In this document: one piece after another, positions 42,378-57,067 of the stretch | Layout of the letters: every line of letters starts with the position of its first letter | Position numbering within the stretch: the stretch's first letter is position 1 | From: Eledone cirrhosa | Lineage: Eukaryota | Direction: 5' to 3' | NCBI GenBank assembly: GCA_964016885.1 | Contig: OZ024746.1 | Span: forward strand, 78,368,001-78,432,000 | Length of the DNA stretch: 64,000 nucleotides | Program-made: the position numbers and the translations under genes | Notes under the pieces: model-generated | The model's database searches: none | Told to the model about the DNA's origin: nothing | What the model saw: only the letters and a program-made list of their open reading frames with translations

Positions 42378-42815
42378 CCTTAGATTTTCGATACTTACAT
42401 CCTACCAGTTGTGTTATATAGTCTTGATTGTGTTAATTGAACAACAAGGTCACTTCAAAAGCTCTCTACATTCCAGAACCACATTATGAGACTTATGACT
42501 GGCAAGCAGCTCAGCGACCGTATCTGTATCAGTGAGCTGCTCAAAATCACCAGGCTTAGACCAATCACATCAGTTGTCAGGTCAAGAGTACTTAAACTGT
42601 ACGGCCATGTCAAAAGATCAACTCATAGTGTAAGTTATGCCTAGAAGGAATGTTGGCTGGTAAGAGAAGCAGAGGTTGGTAGCCAAAACGATGGTTTGAC
42701 AATGTCAACTTATGGACGGGACTTGACCTTTGCTCTTTAAACCCTGCTGTTGGTGATCAAACTTTGTGGAAAAAAATATCTCATGTTGATGCGCAGTCTG
42801 CAACTGACGGAGTTT
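42378..42815 (+). pseudogene. Second RTE-like LINE C-terminal remnant
   Basis: Translates to YILPVVLYSLDC, KLSTFQNHIMR, LKLYGHVKR and EGMLAGKRSRG..KRWFDNV. Confidence 0.75.
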
Positions 42816-44583
42816 AGCATCTGGATATATCCTTAGTTCTATCCTGAATAGCAATGTGAAATAAAGTGTGTTGCTCAAGGACACAATACACCACTGGTCC
42901 TTAGTTCTATCCTGAATAGCAATGTGAAATAAAGTGTGTTGCTCAAGGACACACCACTCCACTGGTCCAGGAATCAAACCCACAATCTTATAATTTGTGT
43001 CCAACATTCTAACCACAAGAACTCATCCCTTCATTCTACATTCTAAATGCCTTTTTATTTTATTTTTGTGTGTGGGGGGGGGGGGGGGGAATAAAATCGT
43101 CGGTGTTAAATTAATATTTTTAGTTAGTTTTTTTTTTTTGTTGCAGTTTTTTTTTTTCCTGCTAATTAGCATTTTATTTATTTTCTTTCATTGTTGTCAT
43201 TCCTGCTGAGTAAAACATGCCATGAAAAGATACAAGAAGAATATGGAATTATTAGGAGAAAGGGGCATAGTGGTGGTGGTGGTGGTGATGATGGTGAATT
43301 TAGTCGTTGTTGGTGATGGTGGTGGTGCGTGTGGAATGGGGTAGAAAACCCCAAAATAAATAAATACATACAAAACAAATAAAAAGAAAATCAATATATT
43401 GATTTATCAATATTGTTAAAGTAATAAACAACCCCATCCCACCCCACCACAGATCCCCCCCTCTCTCTCTCTTTCTCTCTCTATGATTAAAAGGGAAAAC
43501 AAAGTGACAAGTACAACAACAGCATCACAAATCAAATAAAAATGTTATCGCTGTATTTTATACGTTTTTATTTTTATTTCTTGTTTTTTATTTGTTTTTC
43601 ATATTTCATATTTTTAAAATAACAAGAAAACATTTTTTTTTTTTTTTTCATTACTTAATGATTTGAAAGTTTTGTTTAATTTCATAATTAGCAAGTATAA
43701 TGATGATAACAATAATAATAATAATAATATAGTTTTGGTGTTGATGATGTTGGGCATGAGGACAATGATGATGATAGTAATAATAATTAGCATAATCATG
43801 ATAAGAATAATGAGAAGGTGGATAACACAATAATTATTATAATGATGATGATGATGGTGGTGGTGACAGTGATAATAATAATGATAATAATATGCTTATG
43901 ATGCTGTAATGATGATTGTTGGCACTAGGGAAAAGAGTTGGGCGCATAATACAAAAAAGAAAACTAAAAAAAAAAATTTTTTTTTTAAACATGATATTCT
44001 ATTAGATTTCATTTTATTTTTATTATTCCATTTTTTTTTCGTTTTTTTATTTATTCTCAAGAAGAAATTTCTTTAATGTTCAAAAGTTATTCTGTTAAGA
44101 AGCATCTAATGTGTTCTACTTTGGTATCCTTTGATTGTTTAGTTTGTCTAAGGAGAAGAAGCCCTGGCTCTTTCCATTCTTCTCCTCACTCTCCACCCCA
44201 CCCACAGCCCCACCCTCATCTCTCACACCACTGAGGTCAAGGGGATTAATGTTCAACTTGAACTTCTGTGAAAGTCAATGTCTGTTAAAAAAAAAAAAGA
44301 ATCAACATGGTTAGGGATGGAATTCTAGGCGGTTGCAGTACTGGGGGGGGGGGGGGGGAGGATTGGGTAAAAGTGTTTATAGTACAGGTTTGGGGAGGTG
44401 TAAGTAGCTATAAAGGTAGATGGAATAATTTGCGATATTGTTTCTGGATCACTGCACCCTAAGTTCAAATCTCACTCATGTCAATTTTGCATCTCATCTT
44501 AGACAAGTCTCATTTATCCTAGCCTTGGGACAGCCTATGAAATTGAATAGACAGAAACGTTTTGGAAGCCCATCGGATGGACT

Positions 44584-44930
44584 GTACCTGTGATTCAAAG
44601 GGCTAGCTTTGTCAGACACTGTGTCATGCTGAAACTTTCTGAGAATTATATTAAGAGTACACATGTCTGAGAAATGTTCAGCCACTTACATATTAATTTC
44701 ATGATCAGGCTTTCTCCATTCATCAAACAACTGGTACTTTCATTGTCAAAACCAACAGAGGGCCATTCCATATGTGTGTAGGTTCTGATGATGAATCGAA
44801 CTAGTTATTTGACCAACACAACACCCTGTTCATGAAATTAACACGCAAGTGGCTGAGCATTCCACAGATATGTGTACCATTCAATGCAGTTCTCAGGAAG
44901 ATTGAGTACCACACAGTGTGTAACAAGGCT
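44584..44930. mobile_element. Inverted pair of a SINE central-domain segment
   Basis: gtacacatgtctgagaaatgttcagccactt..attaatttcatga (44657-44704) versus tcatgaaattaacacgcaagtggctgagcattccacagatatgtgtac (44830-44877). Confidence 0.6.
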
Positions 44931-45277
44931 GAGCGAGCTGGAGCAATGTGAAATAAAGTGTTGTGTTATCAGGAATCAAACTCACGACTTTACAACTGAG
45001 AGCTGAACAACCCAACCACTAAGCCACGTGCTTTAATGTTCATGGTAATAGATTGTATAACATGAATTTCATGTAGGAAGGTTTGTAAATCTATTGGGGG
45101 ATTAAAATGACATAGTGCTAGACATCAGAAGATATTTTTTGCATACCAATGTGTACATATGTATCTTTGTAGGGGTCTGCCATAAAGCATGTAAGAGTTT
45201 GTTGAAAACACAATTCTTTTAATAGTCTGTCATAGTCTTTCTTTGACACAAGTGGACAGTTATTTTGATAATATATA

Positions 45278-45336
<59 letters not shown>

Positions 45337-45338
45337 TA

Positions 45339-45403
<65 letters not shown>

Positions 45404-45553
45404 TATCTCTCTCTCTCTCTATATATATATATTATATATATATATATTATATTATCTCTCTCTCTATATATATATATATATTATATATATATATATAATA
45501 TATTATCTCTCTCTCTCTATATATATATATATTATATATATATATTATATATT

Positions 45554-45876
<323 letters not shown>

Positions 45877-46146
45877 ATATATATATATATATATAAGTAA
45901 AAGTATGCACAGAAAACCAGCTACTTAAGACGAACAGACAACTACATCTCTAGACATCTTCAGCCACAATCTGGTATGCAGTTTGGTGCATTATATATAT
46001 ATGTATGTATATTACTCTATTACTGCATTACGTGTTCCAGCCGACAGCCCTAAGGCTATGCTGGAGCACCGCCGTTGATAGTCTCAGCCTGTCGGCTAGA
46101 AGACGTTTTAGAGTAATGTATATAAATAATATATATATATATATAT

Positions 46147-46245
<99 letters not shown>

Positions 46246-46381
46246 TGAAAATAATAGGCTGCCCGTTGCAAATGGTGGGGCATGTGAAAAAGTAGGTCCT
46301 TCATCAGTGACCCTCCAACCGTCCCAGGCATTTCATCGCTTTAAGGGCCATATGCCTCAGGTTGGTGCGAACAACGATACA

Positions 46382-46534
<153 letters not shown>

Positions 46535-46612
46535 ATATATAATTTATATAATATTGGTGTATGCATGTATCATCATCATCATCAGTGCTAGCATTGGAAA
46601 CCAAATGTTAAA

Positions 46613-47041
46613 TAATTGTTTCTACTTTTGGCACAAGGCCAGAAAATACCCAGTGCATTACTGGTACTTTATTTTATCGACCCCCGTAAGGATGAAAGGC
46701 AAAGTCAACCTCGGCGGGATTTGAACTCAGATCGTAAAGGGACGTAACTGTGCTGCAAAGCATGGCGTCCGACCCTCTACCGATACTGCCAATCCACCGC
46801 CCATCCAACCAAATGTAAAATAATGATTTCTAGTATCGGCACAAGGCCAGTAATTTGGGGGAGAAATTTGGGGGAAAGTCGATTAAATCGACCCCAGTGC
46901 GTGACTGGTACTTTATTTTATCGACCCCGTAAGGATGAAAGGCAAAGTTAACCTCGGCGAGATTTGAACTCTGAACGTAAAGGGCCGTAACTCTATGCTG
47001 CAAAAAAGTGTCCGACGCTCTACCCATGCTGCCAATCTCCC
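46613..47041 (-). mobile_element. Tandem pair of SINE family 1 (short and long 3' subtypes)
   Basis: Copies at 46613-46801 and 46823-47041; TSD-like aaccaaatgt(t/a)aaataat around the first. Confidence 0.92.
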
Positions 47042-47429
47042 ATGATATATATATGTACAGACATACACATAATTTTCAATAAAAGAAGCAGATTACTTGG
47101 AAGAAAGTGTTTGGGGAGGCGCTGATCAAGATGATTTCATATATTTTACTGCTGTTGTTGTTATTCTTATTTCTGTGGTGACTTTTGCAGTTTTTTCGTT
47201 GTTTTTTTTTTCGTCTCGTTCTTCTTTTGTTGTTGGTGTTGTTGTTTGTATTGCTTTTTGTTGTTGGTGTAGCTGTTGATGTTTTTGCTTTTGTTGTTGT
47301 TCTTGTTGCCTTTGTTGTTGTTGTTGTTCCTTGTGTTGCTGTTGGTTATGTTGTTAGTGTTGTTGTTGTTAGTTATGTTGTTAGTGTTGTTGTTGTTGGT
47401 TATGTTGTTAGTAGTGTTGTTGTTGTTGG

Positions 47430-50400
47430 TAGTAATGTTAGTGGTGTTAGTTGTATTAGTGGTGGTGGTAATGGTAGTGTTGTTAGTTGTATTAGTGGTG
47501 GTGGTAATGTTAGTGTTGTTAGTTGTATTAGTGGTGGTGGTAATGTTAGTGTTGTTAGTGGTGTTAGTGGTGGTGGTAATGTTAGTGTTGTTAGTTGTGT
47601 TAGTGGTGGTGGTAATGTTAGTGTTGTTAGTTGTATTAGTGGTGGTGGTAATGTTAGTGTTGTTAGTGGTGGTGGTAATGTTAGTGTTGTTAGTGGTGTT
47701 AGTGGTGGTGGTAATGTTAGTGTTGTTAGTTGTATTAGTGGTGGTGGTAATGTTAGTGTTGTTAGTTGTATTAGTGGTGGTGGTAATGTTAGTGTTGTTA
47801 GTTGTATTAGTGGTGGTGGTAATGTTAGTGTTGTTAGTTGTATTAGTGGTGGTGGTAATGTTAGTGTTGTTAGTGGTGTTAGTGGTGGTGGTAATGTTAG
47901 TGTTGTTAGTTGTGTTAGTGGTGGTGGTAATGTTAGTGTTGTTAGTTGTATTAGTGGTGGTGGTAATGTTAGTGTTGTTAGTTGTATTAGTGGTGGTGGT
48001 AATGTTAGTGTTGTTAGTGGTGTTAGTGGTGGTGGTAATGTTAGTGTTGTTAGTTGTATTAGTGGTGGTGGTAATGTTAGTGTTGTTAGTGGTGTTAGTG
48101 GTGGTGGTAATGTTAGTGTTGTTAGTTGTATTAGTGGTGGTGGTAATGTTAGTGTTGTTAGTTGTATTAGTGGTGGTGGTGTTAGTGGTGGTGGTAATGT
48201 TAGTGTTGTTAGTTGTGTTAGTGGTGGTGGTAATGTTAGTGTTGTTAGTTGTATTAGTGGTGGTGGTAATGTTAGTGTTGTTAGTTGTATTAGTGGTGGT
48301 GGTAATGTTAGTGTTATTAGTGGTGGTGGTAATGTTAGTGTTGTTAGTTGTATTAGTGGTGGTGGTAATGTTAGTGGTGTTAGTGGTGGTGGTAATGATA
48401 GTGTTGTTAGTTGTATTAGTGGTGGTGGTAATGTTAGTGTTGTTAGTGGTGGTGGTAATGTTAGTGTTGTTAGTGGTGTTAGTGGTGGTGGTAATGTTAG
48501 TGTTGTTAGTTGTATTAGTGGTGGTGGTAATGTTAGTGTTGTTAGTTGTATTAGTGGTGGTGGTAATGTTAGTGGTGTTAGTGGTGGTGGTAATGTTAGT
48601 GTTGTTAGTTGTATTAGTGGTGGTGGTAATGTTAGTGTTGTTAGTGGTGGTGGTAATGTTAGTGTTGTTAGTGGTGTTAGTGGTGGTGGTAATGTTAGTG
48701 TTGTTAGTTGTATTAGTGGTGGTGGTAATGTTAGTGTTGTTAGTTGTATTAGTGGTGGTGGTAATGTTAGTGGTGTTAGTGGTGGTGGTAATGATAGTGT
48801 TGTTAGTGGTGTTAGTGGTGGTGGTAATGTTAGTGTTGTTAGTTGTATTAGTGGTGGTGGTAATGTTAGTGTTGTTAGTGGTGTTAGTGGTGGTGGTAAT
48901 GTTAGTGTTGTTAGTTGTATTAGTGGTGGTGGTAATGTTAGTGGTGTTAGTGGTGGTGGTAATGTTAGTGTTGTTAGTTGTATTAGTGGTGGTGGTAATG
49001 TTAGTGGTGTTAGTGGTGTTAGTGGTGGTGATAATGTTAGTGTTGTTAGTGGTGTTAGTGGTGGTGGTAATGTTAGTGTTGTTAGTTGTATTAGTGGTGG
49101 TGGTAATGTTAGTGGTGTTAGTGGTGGTGGTAATGATAGTGTTGTTAGTGGTGTTAGTGGTGGTGGTAATGTTAGTGTTGTTAGTTGTATTAGTGGTGGT
49201 GATAATGTTAGTGTTGTTAGTTGTGTTAGTGGTGGTGGTAATGTTAGTGTTGTTAGTTGTATTAGTGGTGGTGGTAATGTTAGTGTTGTTAGTGGTGTTA
49301 GTGGTGGTGGTAATGTTAGTGTTGTTAGTTGTATTAGTCGTGGTGGTAATGTTAGTGTTGTTAGTTGTATTAGTGGTGGTGGTAATGTTAGTGGTGTTAG
49401 TGGTGTTAGTGGTGGTGGTAATGATAGTGTTGTTAGTTGTATTAGTGGTGGTGGTAATGTTAGTGGTGTTAGTGGTGGTGATAATGTTAGTGTTGTTAGT
49501 TGTGTTAGTGGTGGTGGTAATGTTAGTGTTGTTAGTTGTATTAGTGGTGGTGGTAATGTTAGTGTTGTTAGTTGTGTTAGTGGTGGTAGTAATGTTAGTG
49601 TTGTTAGTTGTATTAGTGGTGGTGGTAATGTTAGTGTTGTTAGTTGTATTAGTGGTGGTGGTAATGTCAGTGTTGTTAGTTGTATTAGTGGTGGTGGTAA
49701 TGTTAGTGGTGTTAGTGGTGGTGGTAATGTTAGTGTTGTTAGTTGTGTTAGTGGTGGTGGTAATGTTAGTGTTGTTAGTTGTGTTAGTGGTGGTGGTAAT
49801 GTTAGTGTTGTTAGTTGTGTTAGTGGTGGTGGTAATGTTAGTGTTGTTAGTGGTGTTAGTGGTGGTGGTAATGTTAGTGTTGTTAGTTGTATTAGTGGTG
49901 GTGGTAATGTTAGTGTTGTTAGTGGTGTTAGTGGTGGTGGTAATGTTAGTGTTGTTAGTTGTGTTAGTGGTGGTGGTAATGTTAGTGTTGTTAGTGGTGT
50001 TAGTGGTGGTGGTAATGTTAGTGTTGTTAGTTGTATTAGTGGTGGTGGTAATGTTAGTGTTGTTAGTGGTGTTAGTGGTGGTGGTAATGTTAGTGTTGTT
50101 AGTTGTGTTAGTGGTGGTGGTAATGTTAGTGTTGTTAGTTGTATTAGTGGTGGTGGTAATGTTAGTGTTGTTAGTTGTATTAGTGGTGGTGGTAATGTTA
50201 GTGTTGTTAGTTGTATTAGTGGTGGTGGTAATGTTAGTGGTGTTAGTGGTGGTGGTAGTGTTAGTGGTGTTAGTTGTATTAGTGGTGGTGGTAATGTTAG
50301 TGTTGTTAGTTGTATTAGTGGTGGTGGTAATGTTAGTGTTGTTAGTTGTATTAGTGGTGTTAGTGGTGGTGGTAATGTTAGTGTTGTTAGTTGTATTAGT

Positions 50401-52345
50401 GGTGGTGGTAATGTTAGTGTTGTTAGTTGTATTAGTGGTGGTGGTAATGTTAGTGGTGTTAGTGGTGTTAGTGGTGGTGGTAATGTTAGTGTTGTTAGTT
50501 GTATTAGTGGTGGTGGTAATGTTAGTGTTGTTAGTTGTATTAGTGGTGGTGGTAATGTTAGTGTTGTTAGTTGTATTAGTGGTGGTGGTAATGTTAGTGT
50601 TGTTAGTTGTATTAGTGGTGGTGGTAATGTTAGTGTTGTAAGTGGTGTTAGTGGTGGTGGTAATGTTAGTGTTGTTAGTTGTGTTAGTGGTGGTGGTAAT
50701 GTTAGTGTTGTTAGTGGTTGTGGTAATGTTAGTGTTGTTAGTTGTATTAGTGGTGGTGGTAATGTTAGTGTTGTTAGTGGTGTTAGTGGTGGTGGTAATG
50801 TTAGTGTTGTTAGTTGTATTAGTGGTGGTGGTAATGTTAGTGTTGTTAGTTGTATTAGTGGTGGTGGTAATGTTAGTGTTGTTAGTGGTGTTAGTGGTCG
50901 TGGTAATGTTAGTGTTGTTAGTTGTATTAGTGGTGGTGGTAATGTTAGTGTTGTTAGTGGTGGTGGTAATGTTAGTGTTGTTAGTGGTGTTAGTGGTGGT
51001 GGTAATGTTAGTGGTGTTAGTGGTGGTGGTAATGTTAGTGTTGTTAGTGGTGTTAGTGGTGGTGGTAATGTTAGTGGTGTTAGTGGTGTTAGTGGTGGTG
51101 GTAATGTTAGTGTTGTTAGTGGTGGTGGTAATGTTAGTGTTGTTAGTTGTGTTAGTGGTGGTGGTAATGTTAGTGTTGTTAGTGGTGTTAGTGGTAGTGG
51201 TAATGTTAGTGTTGTTAGTTGTATTAGTGGTGGTGGTAATGTTAGTGGTGTTAGTTGTATTAGTGCTGGTGGTAATGTTAGTGTTGTTAGTTGTATTAGT
51301 GGTGGTGGTAATGTTAGTGTTGTTAGTGGTGTTAGTGGTGGTGGTAATGTTAGTGGTGTTAGTTGTATTAGTGGTGGTGGTAATGTTAGTGTTGTTAGTT
51401 GTATTAGTGGTGGTGGTAATGTTAGTGGTGTTAGTGGTGGTGGTAATGTTAGTGGTGTTAGTTGTATTAGTGGTGGTGGTAATGTTAGTGTTGTTAGTTG
51501 TATTAGTGGTGGTGGTAATGTTAGTGGTGTTAGTTGTATTAGTGGTGGTGGTAATGTTAGTGTTGTTAGTTGTATTAGTGGTGGTGGTAATGTTAGTGCT
51601 GTTAGTTGTATTAGTGGTGGTGGTAATGTTAGTGTTGTTAGTTGTATTAGTGGTGGTGGTAATGTTAGTGTTGTTAGTTGTATTAGTGGTGGTGGTAATG
51701 TTAGTGTTGTTAGTTGTACTAGTGGTGGTGGTAATGTTAGTGTTAGTGGTGGTGGTGGTAGTGGTGGTAATGCTAGTGTTGGTGGTGGTGGTAATACTGT
51801 TGTTGTTAGCGGTGGTGGTGGTGGTAATGCTAGTGTTGGTGGTGGTGGTGGTGGTGGTAATGCTAGTGTTGGTGTTGGTGGTGGTGGTGGTGGTGGTAAT
51901 GCTAGTGTTGGTGTAGGTGGTGGTGGTAATGCTAGTGTTGGTGGTGGTAATGCTAGTGTTGGTGGTGGTGGTGGTAATGCTAGTGTTGGTGTTGGTGGTG
52001 GTGGTAATGCTAGTGTTGGTGTTGGTGGTGGTGGTGGTGGTGGTAATGCTATTGTTGGTGTTGGTGGTGGTGGTAATGCTAGTGTTAGTGGTGGTGTTGG
52101 TTGTGGTGGTAATGCTATTGTTGGTGTTGGTGGTGGTGGTAATGCTAGTGCTGGTGTTAGTGGTGGTGGTGGTGGTGGTGGTGGTGGTAATGCTAGTGTT
52201 GGTGGTGGTGTTGGTGGTGGTAATGCTATTGTTGGTGTTGGTGGTGGTGGTGGTGGTAATGCTAGTGTTGGTGTTGGTGGTGGTGGTAATGCTAGTGCTG
52301 GTGTTAGTGGTGGTGGTGGTGGTGGTGGTGGTGGTGGTAATGCTA
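47430..52345. repeat. ~4.3 kb array of 36/27 bp units (agtggtggtggtaatgttagtgttgttagttgtatt) grading into a ggtaatgctagtgtt variant
   Basis: Every third base is T; almost no C on the + strand. Confidence 0.97.
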
Positions 52346-52727
52346 GTGTTGTTGGTAATACTGTTGCTGCTGTTGCAGTTGTTGTTGTTGTTAGTGGTGG
52401 TGGTGGTGATGTTAATGCTAGTGTTGGTGTTGGTGGTATTACTGTTACTGTTGCTGTTGTTGTTGTTGTTGGTGGTGGTGGTACTGCTGTTGTTGCTGTT
52501 GTTGTGTGTCTGTATGTGTGTTTTGTACGCTTCTTTTGGTTTGTTTGTTAATGTTTTTCAATGTTTGATAACATCAAGCACTTGGCTTTTGATAAAATAA
52601 GTGCAATCGCTGGTTGATCACCACAACAGGACTGGTAGCAGTGCGATAGTTTTTAATGTGATTTTGCATGTGTCAAGGGGTATTGTAGGAGATAAGTATT
52701 GTCTACACTGTTGTTTTGTTTTTATTC

Positions 52728-52804
<77 letters not shown>

Positions 52805-53113
52805 TCTCTCTCCCTATCTCTCTCTTTCTGTGTTTTTTGTTGTTTTGTTTTGTTTTGTTTTTTGTTTGATTTGTGTGTGTTTGTTTGTATTTCTTGATTT
52901 CCTCTTGAATGTGTGCATATAGATGTGTGTGTTTGTGTGAGTGTATGTAGACGTGTGTATGTACGCGTGTGTGTGTGTGCGTGTGTGTTTGTGTGTAGGA
53001 ATGTTGAGATGTTGAGCGTATGTAATATATTTATATCTACATATATATATTTACACTTATACATATATACATATATACATACACACAAAAGCACACATAT
53101 ATATATGCACATG

Positions 53114-53152
<39 letters not shown>

Positions 53153-53252
53153 GTGTATGGGTAGGTGTGTATATTTATAAATGTATATAATATCTATGCA
53201 TGACTATAGTTATGTGTGTGTGTATATATATGTATGTGTATATATATATATA

Positions 53253-53316
<64 letters not shown>

Positions 53317-54059
53317 TACATATACCTACATGGTTGTATGACTCTTGTGTTTATATAGTATATTATGCGTGCTTGGTTGTGTTTATGTATATATGTATAT
53401 GTATCAGTTTCTCTGTGTGTCTATGTATATGTCTGTATATGTGTGCAGCATGTCTCTGTCTAGGCTGGTGGCACTCATGTGAAATGAATTGCCAGCTTAA
53501 TCTGTGCATACAGTGCTGCAGTTGCAGTTGCAACTAACACTTGATTTCCCTTGCGTGTATTATGCACTTTATGGATTACCTGCAAGCACATCTAACGTGG
53601 GAAAGGATCATGTGGTGGTGGGTGGGTGGGTGGTGGTGGCGGTGGTGGTGGCGGTGGTGGTGGTGGTGGTAGTGTTGGTGGTGTGGGTGCTGTTGTTGGT
53701 GGTGGTTGTGGAGGTGGTGGTGGTGGTGGTGATAGTGTTGGAGGTGGTGGTGTTGTCAGATGTGTAGTTGGTTTTGTTGGTGGTGGTGGTGGTGTTGTAA
53801 GTGGTGTTAGTGGTGGTGTTGTCAGTGGTAGTGTTGGTGATGGTGGTGGTGTTGTCAGTGGTATTGTTGGTGGTGTTAGTGGTGGTGTTGTCTGTGGTAT
53901 TGTTGGTGATGGTGGTGGTGTTGTCAGTGGTGGTATTGCTGGTAGTGGTGATGTTGGTGATGGTGATAGTTGCGAAAATGTTCATATTTTTTCATATTTT
54001 TTCCATCCTGTTTTTTATTTATTTATCATTATTATTTTTTACTTTTTAGTAGGTGTGTG

Positions 54060-54113
<54 letters not shown>

Positions 54114-54515
54114 GTAGTTATGCTTATAGTTGTGTGTGTGTGTGTGTATGTAGTTGTGTGTGTGTGTGTATGTAGTTGTGTGTGTTTTCACATGTTCATC
54201 TATGAGGTTCTCACTTCTAGGAAAATGCTTATCTTATTTTGATATTGTCATTTCTTCTTCTTCTTCTTCTTCCCATAATCATCATCATCATCACTTTTAT
54301 TATTATTATTATCATCATCATCATCATCATCATCATCACTAATATTGGTGCTATTGTTACAGTCATCATCATCAGCAGTAGCATTGATGTTATTCCCCAG
54401 AGATGTATGTTTATCACATTTCTTTTCAAAACACATCTACTTTACATTAGAGGAGAGAAAGAAAGTTGGTGTGAAGATGTCAAAGTTATATGTGTATAAG
54501 TAAGTGTGTGTGTGC

Positions 54516-54618
<103 letters not shown>

Positions 54619-54836
54619 TGGAGAGAGATCTTACTAGGTAAAGTTTTTCACTGTTAACTCACTTCTGCACTACACCACTACACCACTAAACCACTACACC
54701 ACTTTTTTATAATGCTTCTGTTGTTGCTCTTTTGTTGTTGTAATTTCTATCACTGCTGCTATTGTTGTTATTGTTTCTATTGTTTAGGTTGTTTACTATT
54801 TGCTGTTGCTATTGTTGTTGTTGTTGCTACAGTTGA

Positions 54837-55052
54837 GGGCAGTGGGTTGGCAGTATCAGTAGAGTATCGGACAACATACTTTGCAGCATATAGTTACATA
54901 CATCCTTTTACATTCTCAGTTCAAGTCCCAGGCCAGGCTAGCATCAGAAATGCCATCTGGTTGTAAAATACTGCCGCAATATGTCCTGTTCAATTCATGC
55001 CAGCATGGAAGAACGGACATTAAAATGTTAATGATGTTAATGATGATGATGA
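54837..55052 (+). mobile_element. Old SINE family 1 head fused to a family 2 tail
   Basis: ttggcagtatcagtagag...agttcaag followed by gccatctggttgtaaaa...gccagcatggaagaacggacattaaa(atg)n. Confidence 0.55.
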
Positions 55053-56682
55053 GTGATGGTGGTTCCCTTTACACATATATAATGGGGTTTCCATACAATT
55101 TTCATCTCCCAAATTGTGTGGACAAGGTAATTGTCAACCAAAGGGTATGGTAGAAGACAATTGTTGAAGGTACTGCACAATAAGATCAAACCTGAAACCA
55201 TGTGGTTTCATAATCACATAACTATGCTTGCATCTGTTTTGTTGTTATCTTTTCTTTTTATGAAGCAGGGTTATTATATACCCCCCTCCCCATAGTTTTC
55301 TAATCGGTTTCTCCCCCCCCCCCCCAATTGGTTATAATTAAACATTTTTTCTTGATCCTTGAGGCTCTCCGGACAAAGCTTATCCTTGTTTCAATGCTGT
55401 TAAACACCTGACAGTACAGGAATCCTTTCTAGATGGGGTGCCAGATTGTCCCAAAGTTAAACCTTAATGTCTTCTACTGCTTGAAACTGTATTAGCAAAG
55501 TATTCTCGAAAATTACAAAACAACCCTATGGCTGATTCACATAAAAATAAATTAAAGTCTTTCTTCCAATACAACAAATTTTTACAATAATCTGTCCACT
55601 GGTAAAGATAGTATAAACATTTGAATTGACAAACTTGGTTTTTAGGCATTTTCTGCTAATTTCAGGATGTTCAGAGTTAATGCTGTAAATTTCCTCAATA
55701 ATTTATCTACTAGTAAAGATAAACATTTGAATTAAGGAACTTGTCTTTAGATATTTTCTGCTAAAACAACATGATGTTAAAAGTTAAGCCCCAGCTGCTA
55801 CTGCAAGTACCCATCTTCCATCTGAGTGGACTAGAGCAATATGAAATGAAGTGTTTTACTCAAGGACACAATGGGCCACTGGCTCCAGGGATCAAACCCA
55901 CAATGTTATGATCATGAGTCCAACAACATAACATCCTAACGACATAGTAACACAGCTACACAACTGCTTATGATAGGATTGCTTTATTTTCTATTTGTTT
56001 CCTTCTTAATTTTGGTAAATTTAGATATTTGCAATCTTCTGAAGCAAGTGTTTCGCCCCCCACCCCCAGCCCCCACCCCTGCCCCTTCTCATTCATCTCT
56101 ATTGCTGCCAACCACTTCACTGGTGAAGTACTTCATGTATGTTCAAAATTGAGGCTAGTTGAGTGAGTGTATTACTATGTTTTTGCTTAAGGGCACACTG
56201 CACAATGGTCATATCACTGCACTTTGAACCTCATAGCAAATGTACTTCTCTACATATTCCATTCTTACGTTTGGTAATGAAGATTTTGAAATGACCACCG
56301 TTGAAGTTATTGCCTTGGACTGGTATGTTTAGCATCTCCTTCAGTCTTTCTTGTTTACTCTATGTCTATCTATGTATGCAGTGTCTATTATCTATGTATG
56401 AATGTGTAGTTAGTTGTAAGTTATTGGTTGGTGCAAGTCATATTGGTTATTGCCTATATTTATCTGTCCAAGTATGTACTGTGTGTATTATGTTATGTCT
56501 GTATATATAGACACATAGATATGTATGTTTGTGTGTATATGTGTGTGTGTGTATATATATATGTGTGTGTGTCTAGGCATGTTAGTATGTATGTATTGTT
56601 GTTTGTTTAGTTACTTTGTATTTTCTTAGGGTGGGAAGGGTGTTCTGTTTTTATAATAGATTTTCATGTATGTATGTATGTG

Positions 56683-56762
<80 letters not shown>

Positions 56763-56804
56763 AGAAAAAAAGAGAATCAGTGTTGCGATGAATGGAATTT
56801 ATTG

Positions 56805-56900
56805 GACATATTACAATCGTTTCTCTGGCGACCAGCTCGAGGCACGATCGATGTGATGATCGAACCTGACTCTGAAAATCGCAAGGTCCTCAGATACGGC
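56805..56900 (-). ncRNA. Type I hammerhead ribozyme motif with long stem II, in a ~155 bp insert within (TA)n
   Basis: Minus strand: gccgtat CTGAGGA ccttgcga...tcgccaga GAAA C gatt G TA atatgtcc AATAAA; stems I, II and III can all be drawn. Confidence 0.7.
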
Positions 56901-56908
56901 TTGATTCT

Positions 56909-56943
<35 letters not shown>

Positions 56944-57067
56944 CACGTGTTGTTTTTATGTTTATATGTATGTTTTACATTGGAATTGTTAATGTGTATG
57001 CTTGAGGGTGTGTTTGTGTGTTATATAATGTATATCCGTGTTTATGTGTGTATGTACATATTCTTTT

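Noticed and set aside
44784-44810. ctgatgatgaatcgaactag as a hammerhead
   Set aside because: It lacks GAAA and has no convincing stems.
47185-52551. 1788-aa and 1121-aa ORFs as genes
   Set aside because: Open in several frames purely because of NNT triplet composition; no domain is recognised.
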